This document shows positions 59,502 to 64,000 of a stretch of 64,000 nucleotides of DNA, in pieces; the stretch's first letter is position 1; each line of letters starts with the position of its first letter. The position numbers and the translations under genes are program-made. This DNA comes from a virus. The notes under the pieces are model-generated. The model was given only the letters and a program-made list of their open reading frames with translations, ran no database searches and was not told the DNA's origin. Where the stretch lies: positions 1 to 64,000 of the IMG/VR virus record IMGVR_UViG_3300035698_007355. The stretch is one strand, 5' to 3'.

Positions 59502-59702
59502 ATGAAATTATTGACCAAGAAAATTATAGAACAATTACCAATAACTTCACTTATAAGGTATATTTCATTAATCCAAAATTATATGTATGAGGTATTTCCT
59601 ACTATGTGTGATATGGATAAACAAAAAGAATGGACACGATTAATGAAACATAGAGCATTTGTGGCTACAGCATTGGTTAAACAAACAGAGGTAGAAAAAT
59701 GA
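59502..59702 (+). CDS. Hypothetical protein
   Basis: GGAGGT RBS. Confidence 0.55.
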   Translation: MKLLTKKIIEQLPITSLIRYISLIQNYMYEVFPTMCDMDKQKEWTRLMKHRAFVATALVKQTEVEK

Positions 59703-59914
59703 GCAAATTCAAGGTTGGTGATAGAGTAGAAAGGACTTTAAATCCAGTCAACGAAAATATACAAGTAGGCGATATATCAGAAATAACAGAAATACACGAT
59801 AACAAAATATCTTTAAAAGATTTTACCCCCCTTCAGGACTGTTGTTATGTTAGAGATAATTTTGAACTGGTTAAATACACAACTTGGAAGGAACGATACG
59901 AGACCAAAGAATGA
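59699..59914 (+). CDS. KOW/SH3-like protein, W[KR]xRY family no. 1
   Basis: MSKFKVGDRV...TTWKERYETKE. Confidence 0.75.
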   Translation: MSKFKVGDRVERTLNPVNENIQVGDISEITEIHDNKISLKDFTPLQDCCYVRDNFELVKYTTWKERYETKE

Positions 59915-60114
59915 CATTCAAAAAAGGAGATAAGGTAGAAGTTATCGGAGAATATAATGGTTATAATGCAGGCACTATCTTAACTGTTGAAAATACTATC
60001 CAAAATGTTTGTTGGTTCGAAGAACCTAACACAAAAGGTTCTACAGATTGGGGAATTCGTAACAGTAATTTAAAATTACCATTTAAAACCTGGAGAAAGA
60101 GGTATAATAAATGA
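59911..60114 (+). CDS. KOW/SH3-like protein, W[KR]xRY family no. 2
   Basis: MTFKKGDKV...KTWRKRYNK. Confidence 0.75.
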   Translation: MTFKKGDKVEVIGEYNGYNAGTILTVENTIQNVCWFEEPNTKGSTDWGIRNSNLKLPFKTWRKRYNK

Positions 60115-60350
60115 AATTTAAAGTAGGAGATAAGGTATTAATCATTTCTAATGCAGACGATGGAATATGGAACCAATATATAGGTACTATACACATTATA
60201 ACAGCCGTTATAAATAACACCATTTCAGACCGTAAATATTATTTACCAATAAATCCATATTCAGAAGAAGAAGAAAGTGTATGGTCAGAAAAAGAACTGA
60301 AATTGGTAAAAAATCTTACTTGGAAAGAACGATATGAGGCGACTATATAA
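60111..60350 (+). CDS. KOW/SH3-like protein, W[KR]xRY family no. 3
   Basis: MKFKVGDKV...LTWKERYEATI. Confidence 0.75.
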   Translation: MKFKVGDKVLIISNADDGIWNQYIGTIHIITAVINNTISDRKYYLPINPYSEEEESVWSEKELKLVKNLTWKERYEATI

Positions 60351-60607
60351 TGGAACAAAAAAACATTAAGATAGGTAAGGCTTACAAGATTGTTGGAAAC
60401 AATGGTGGATGTTCTAGAACTAACCGTTGTAAAGATTGTATTCCTTTTATAAAAGGTATAGTTGTTACAAGCCTTTTGGATGAGGATGACGAACCTAATA
60501 GAACAGTTTCAGGAGATTCTTTAAATGGTTTAAGGCATTGTGGTTTTGACCCAAGAGATTTAATTCTGATACCAACTAATTGGAGGGAGAGATATGCTAA
60601 CAAATGA
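60350..60607 (+). CDS. W[KR]xRY family no. 4, Cys-containing
   Basis: IKIGKAYKIV...TNWRERYANK. Confidence 0.7.
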   Translation: MEQKNIKIGKAYKIVGNNGGCSRTNRCKDCIPFIKGIVVTSLLDEDDEPNRTVSGDSLNGLRHCGFDPRDLILIPTNWRERYANK

Positions 60608-60983
60608 GGATAAATTACACAATATAATGATGGGTAGTTTGAAATCCTTTGGAAAAGAATATTGGAGGAAAAAATGAAAAAAGAAAAAGAATGGATTGTG
60701 AAAAATGAGCTTGAGGAAAGCGATGATATAGCAAGTGTGGAGATAATAAAATGAACCTAAAATTTTTACTACCAAATAATCCTTCCGATTGGATATGTAT
60801 TGGTTTTGTAATAGGAGTAATATTTTTCCTATTTATGACTATGCTAACAATAGGTATGATGGAGATATTATAATGAAATGTTTCAAATGCTCGGCTACAT
60901 TAACGCCTAATCAACAGGACGAATACAATACCACAATATACACTTGTAATTGTGGCGCTATAAATTCAGTGAGGTAAATAAAA

Positions 60984-61244
60984 ATGGGACTATTTGATGA
61001 TTATTTAAAAAAGGAAAAATCTTTACAATATCATAAATACCAATTAAAATTATGGTTGGAAGAATGGTATGAATTTGTTGATGGTAATGGTGATAGTGGT
61101 TATACACTACTTAAACATATATCTTCCAAGTTAAATAAAATTGAGAAACAGGTTGATATTCATATCAAAGCGGTCAATCGTTTGGACAACAAATCTTTTC
61201 AGACCTTTGAAGACGGATATGTTCCTAGTGGAACTTTAATGTGA
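60984..61244 (+). CDS. Hypothetical protein
   Basis: GAGGT RBS. Confidence 0.55.
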   Translation: MGLFDDYLKKEKSLQYHKYQLKLWLEEWYEFVDGNGDSGYTLLKHISSKLNKIEKQVDIHIKAVNRLDNKSFQTFEDGYVPSGTLM

Positions 61245-61343
61245 AAATATGATGATACCAATACTATCCTACATTAGAAGAAACTTTTGGGGTATAGTTT
61301 TTGTAATATTTATGATAGGAATATCGATAATAGGAGGATTACA

Positions 61344-61616
61344 ATGAAATTAAATAAAGGATGTTATAAAATAGATACAATTGACCAATCTACCAATGCA
61401 AAAATACAGGCGTCGCTACTTGAAAAAGGTTGTAGTTGGGGTAGGTCAGAAAATACGATACAATATACAGAAAAAAGGTATTTATTTTTAGATGATGGAT
61501 GCTTTACATATGCCGAACATAAAGATTATTTTGATAACCATACTTATAAGGAAGTAAGTGTTAAAATTATTCTAGGTAAATTCAGTTGGAAAGAAAACTA
61601 TGAGGCTAAAAAATGA
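61344..61616 (+). CDS. W[KR]xRY family no. 5, body not KOW-like
   Basis: AGGAGG RBS; ...FSWKENYEAKK. Confidence 0.7.
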   Translation: MKLNKGCYKIDTIDQSTNAKIQASLLEKGCSWGRSENTIQYTEKRYLFLDDGCFTYAEHKDYFDNHTYKEVSVKIILGKFSWKENYEAKK

Positions 61617-61673
61617 ATTTAGCGGATGAATTACTAACGGAAGAGGAATTGTCCCGTATAGTAGAGGAAGACA

Positions 61674-61925
61674 ATGAAATTTAAAAAAGGACAAAAAGTT
61701 CTAATCAGAAAAGACCTGGAAGCAAGTAAACAATATGATAATTGTACGGTTACAATTGCAATGAAACAATATAAAGGACAAATTGCTATAATAACAAGAA
61801 CTAAAAAATATGGGATATTTGAAAGGTATGAATTAAATATTGATGGAGGACGATGGTCCTGGGCAAGTGAAATGTTAATACCAACAAATATAAGTTGGAG
61901 AGAAAGATATAAGATTATGCCATAA
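61674..61925 (+). CDS. KOW/SH3-like protein, W[KR]xRY family no. 6
   Basis: MKFKKGQKVLIRKDL...WSWASEML...ISWRERYKIMP. Confidence 0.75.
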   Translation: MKFKKGQKVLIRKDLEASKQYDNCTVTIAMKQYKGQIAIITRTKKYGIFERYELNIDGGRWSWASEMLIPTNISWRERYKIMP

Positions 61926-61992
61926 AGCGAACCACAACGCCAAAACGGTAGCCCTGGCGACAGGGCTGCCATTATAATTATGAGGTAAACAA

Positions 61993-62193
61993 ATGATTTG
62001 GAAAGTAGGAGATAGCGTAATATCTAATTTAGGAATAGATAAAGAAAAACATTTAACCATTACAGAAATATCATACCGTGAAGGTAATCCAACATTATGG
62101 TTCAGTGATGGTGGATGTACTAGAGTAGAAGAAATTATGGAAGGAGATTTAAGACATTCATCGTGGAAAGAACGATATGGAGGTAAAAAATGA
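61993..62193 (+). CDS. KOW/SH3-like protein, W[KR]xRY family no. 7
   Basis: MIWKVGDSV...SSWKERYGGKK. Confidence 0.7.
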   Translation: MIWKVGDSVISNLGIDKEKHLTITEISYREGNPTLWFSDGGCTRVEEIMEGDLRHSSWKERYGGKK

Positions 62194-62332
62194 AAAAATT
62201 AAGGACACATAATACAACTTGTTTACCACCACATTTAAGAACAAAAAAGAAACCAATCAGTATTGCGGTAAGTAGAACTAAATCCAATAAAGATAAATTA
62301 GCATTTATGAAGAAATTTGGCGAGGTAATAAG

Positions 62333-62869
62333 ATGAGACAAACCACAATAACGGCGGCTCAACTCAAGAAGTTCGTAGGTAGAAAAAATACCTTTGCTAT
62401 ACAAACAAATAAAGGCTCCTATGTACCAGTAAGACGAGATATAACAACCAAAGACTTACAGGACCATTTAAAAGGTGATAAAACATTAGGCTCATATGTA
62501 ATTCAAGAAGATGGACTAATTTCGTTTGCCTGTATAGATATTGATACAGAACCAGGAAATGATTTAGAACCTTACAAAAGATTAGCCTATATAGTGTATG
62601 ACCTATTTGTGGACTTTCAAGCAGTCCTTGAATTCTCAGGTAGAAGAGGATACCACATATGGTTATTTCCAGAAAAACCAGAACATCCAAGATTCCTTAG
62701 GGAATTAATAAAATCACGATTAAAAACATACGGTATTAGAAACATAGAAATATATCCTAAACAAGATACCATCAATGAATTAGAGAAAAAGTTAGGCAAC
62801 TTAATTAAATTACCTTGTGGAAAGCACAAAAAAGGTGGATGGTCCGAAATTATGAGGTGGAGAAAGTGA
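62333..62869 (+). CDS. Archaeo-eukaryotic primase (AEP) catalytic domain, TOTE-primase-like, stand-alone
   Basis: HLKG..TLGSY, CIDID, EFSGRRGYHIWLF, EIYPKQ, GNLIKLP.G.H. Confidence 0.85.
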   Translation: MRQTTITAAQLKKFVGRKNTFAIQTNKGSYVPVRRDITTKDLQDHLKGDKTLGSYVIQEDGLISFACIDIDTEPGNDLEPYKRLAYIVYDLFVDFQAVLEFSGRRGYHIWLFPEKPEHPRFLRELIKSRLKTYGIRNIEIYPKQDTINELEKKLGNLIKLPCGKHKKGGWSEIMRWRK

Positions 62870-63084
62870 ACCCCAAAGACTTTAAGATTGGACAAACAGT
62901 TAAACGTACCGGGGATGAATATAACGGTATGGTAATAGGAGATATTGATGTTATAACGGATGTTGGTAATAATATCGAATTAAAGAAATTTGGACCAGGA
63001 CATTCAAAACGTAGCCTTAGTGTAATAAATTTCAGTTGGAAAGGTAGATATGAGGTAAAAAATGAAATTCAAAGTTGGGGATAA
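62866..63084 (+). CDS. KOW/SH3-like protein, W[KR]xRY family no. 8
   Basis: GTG start overlapping the primase stop; FKIGQTV...FSWKGRYEV. Confidence 0.7.
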   Translation: MNPKDFKIGQTVKRTGDEYNGMVIGDIDVITDVGNNIELKKFGPGHSKRSLSVINFSWKGRYEVKNEIQSWG

Positions 63085-63283
63085 AGTAAAAGTGATAGAT
63101 GGAGATTTCCATAAAAATAATTCTCCAGAACTAAAGACTGGATATATAGGTATAATTACCGAAATTAAGGAAATATCAGCTATTTTTCCTGGAAATCATT
63201 GGATAGATATAGACGGATACGGTGGTATTATAGAAAGCCAATTAATGCTAGTATATACAAGTTGGAGGGATAGATATGAGTAA
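63062..63283 (+). CDS. KOW/SH3-like protein, W[KR]xRY family no. 9
   Basis: MKFKVGDKV...TSWRDRYE. Confidence 0.75.
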   Translation: MKFKVGDKVKVIDGDFHKNNSPELKTGYIGIITEIKEISAIFPGNHWIDIDGYGGIIESQLMLVYTSWRDRYE

Positions 63284-63515
63284 GTTCAAAAAAGGAGACA
63301 AAGTAAGGTTCAAATCACCTGATAGCCGTAACGCTACCTATTTTTCATCAGGATTAAGAAACCTAGAAATAGTAGAAAGTCTTGGTATTAGTGAATATAG
63401 TGTTAGGGAAGCAGATAATTCCATATCTTGGTGTGTAGAGGAATATGAATTGGAGTTAGAAACCCCTAAATTTAAAAGTTGGAGGAAAAGATATGACCAC
63501 TTACAGACACAGTAA
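63276..63515 (+). CDS. KOW/SH3-like protein, W[KR]xRY family no. 10
   Basis: MSKFKKGDKV...KSWRKRYDH. Confidence 0.75.
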   Translation: MSKFKKGDKVRFKSPDSRNATYFSSGLRNLEIVESLGISEYSVREADNSISWCVEEYELELETPKFKSWRKRYDHLQTQ

Positions 63516-63834
63516 AGAACTAAAGGGTAACACTTTAGAACTAGGTGATACTTTAAAATTTACAAAAGGTGCAAATAAAGGGTCCTTTAAAGTTACAGCA
63601 ACCTTTTTAGATAATACAATATCCATTGGTAATAATCACGTACCTTTAGATATGATTGGTCTAACATCAGAAAGAGAAAGAAGGGACTTTTGCACTAAAA
63701 ATTATGGGTATAGTGCTGGTAAAGGAAGTTGGCCTATTTATAGTAATAATGATATGGACGCAATTACTAGAACGGTAATAGTTATATTTTTAATATTGGA
63801 AAAAGGATTTAGTTGGAGGTATAGATATGAATAA
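63493..63834 (+). CDS. W[KR]xRY family no. 11
   Basis: LELGDTLKF...FSWRYRYE. Confidence 0.7.
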   Translation: MTTYRHSKELKGNTLELGDTLKFTKGANKGSFKVTATFLDNTISIGNNHVPLDMIGLTSERERRDFCTKNYGYSAGKGSWPIYSNNDMDAITRTVIVIFLILEKGFSWRYRYE

Positions 63835-64000
63835 ATTTAAAGGCTTTGGCGAGAAAGATACAAAAATGGCGTTATCTAAGGTAAAAAAGTCTAAAAAGAA
63901 AATTCAGGATAATGTGGCTAAAAAAGAAATTAACAATACCTTAGCTGAAATGGGATTAAAGAGTAAACAAGCAATCATTTTAGACGGTTCTGCTATGAAA
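63827..64000 (+). CDS. Hypothetical protein, 3'-truncated by the window (start 63827 or 63866)
   Basis: Open frame MNKFKGFGEKDTKMALSK...ILDGSAMK. Confidence 0.45.
   Translation, partial: MNKFKGFGEKDTKMALSKVKKSKKKIQDNVAKKEINNTLAEMGLKSKQAIILDGSAMK

Noticed and set aside
1-64000. Alternative genetic code or stop-codon recoding
   Set aside because: Core genes are intact and densely packed under the standard code; no suppressor tRNA.

Overview
A 64-kb, AT-rich segment of a tailed dsDNA virus (Caudoviricetes). It looks siphovirus-like: tail tube, G/GT chaperone and tape measure are present, and no sheath is recognisable. The host is very probably an archaeon. Evidence: a recurrent BRE-TATA promoter (CGAAACATTTATATA), GAGGTGA ribosome-binding sites, apparently leaderless genes, a stand-alone TRAM protein and an archaeal-type S-layer-like gene. 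A DPANN host is plausible but is only an inference. Layout: (1) 1-7.2 kb, + strand: end of a class II ribonucleotide reductase with two adjacent inteins, a transglutaminase-like protease, a GIY-YIG nuclease, an S-layer-like protein and TRAM. (2) 7.2-39.5 kb, - strand: morphogenesis operon (portal, protease, ChaB, scaffold, major capsid, neck, tail, frameshifted chaperone, tape measure). It includes several signal-peptide-bearing, N-x-S/T-rich proteins, one of 2278 aa. (3) 39.8-54 kb, + strand: probable small terminase, a nucleotide-sugar/glycosyltransferase cluster (intein-containing Gmd, DegT-type aminotransferase, sugar dehydrogenase, GTs), large terminase, phosphoesterase, methyltransferase and a tRNA cluster. 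(4) 54.1-59.4 kb: probable terminal/early region. It has a ~1.75-kb block almost free of GG/CC dinucleotides, followed by repeated regulatory modules. (5) 59.5-64 kb: an array of 11 small, divergent proteins, mostly KOW/SH3-like, that share a C-terminal W[KR]x[RN]Y motif, plus an AEP primase. The strongest candidates for undescribed biology are the W[KR]xRY array, the GG/CC-free block, and the exported glycoprotein/S-layer/glycosylation set. All annotations come from manual motif reading; no database searches were run.
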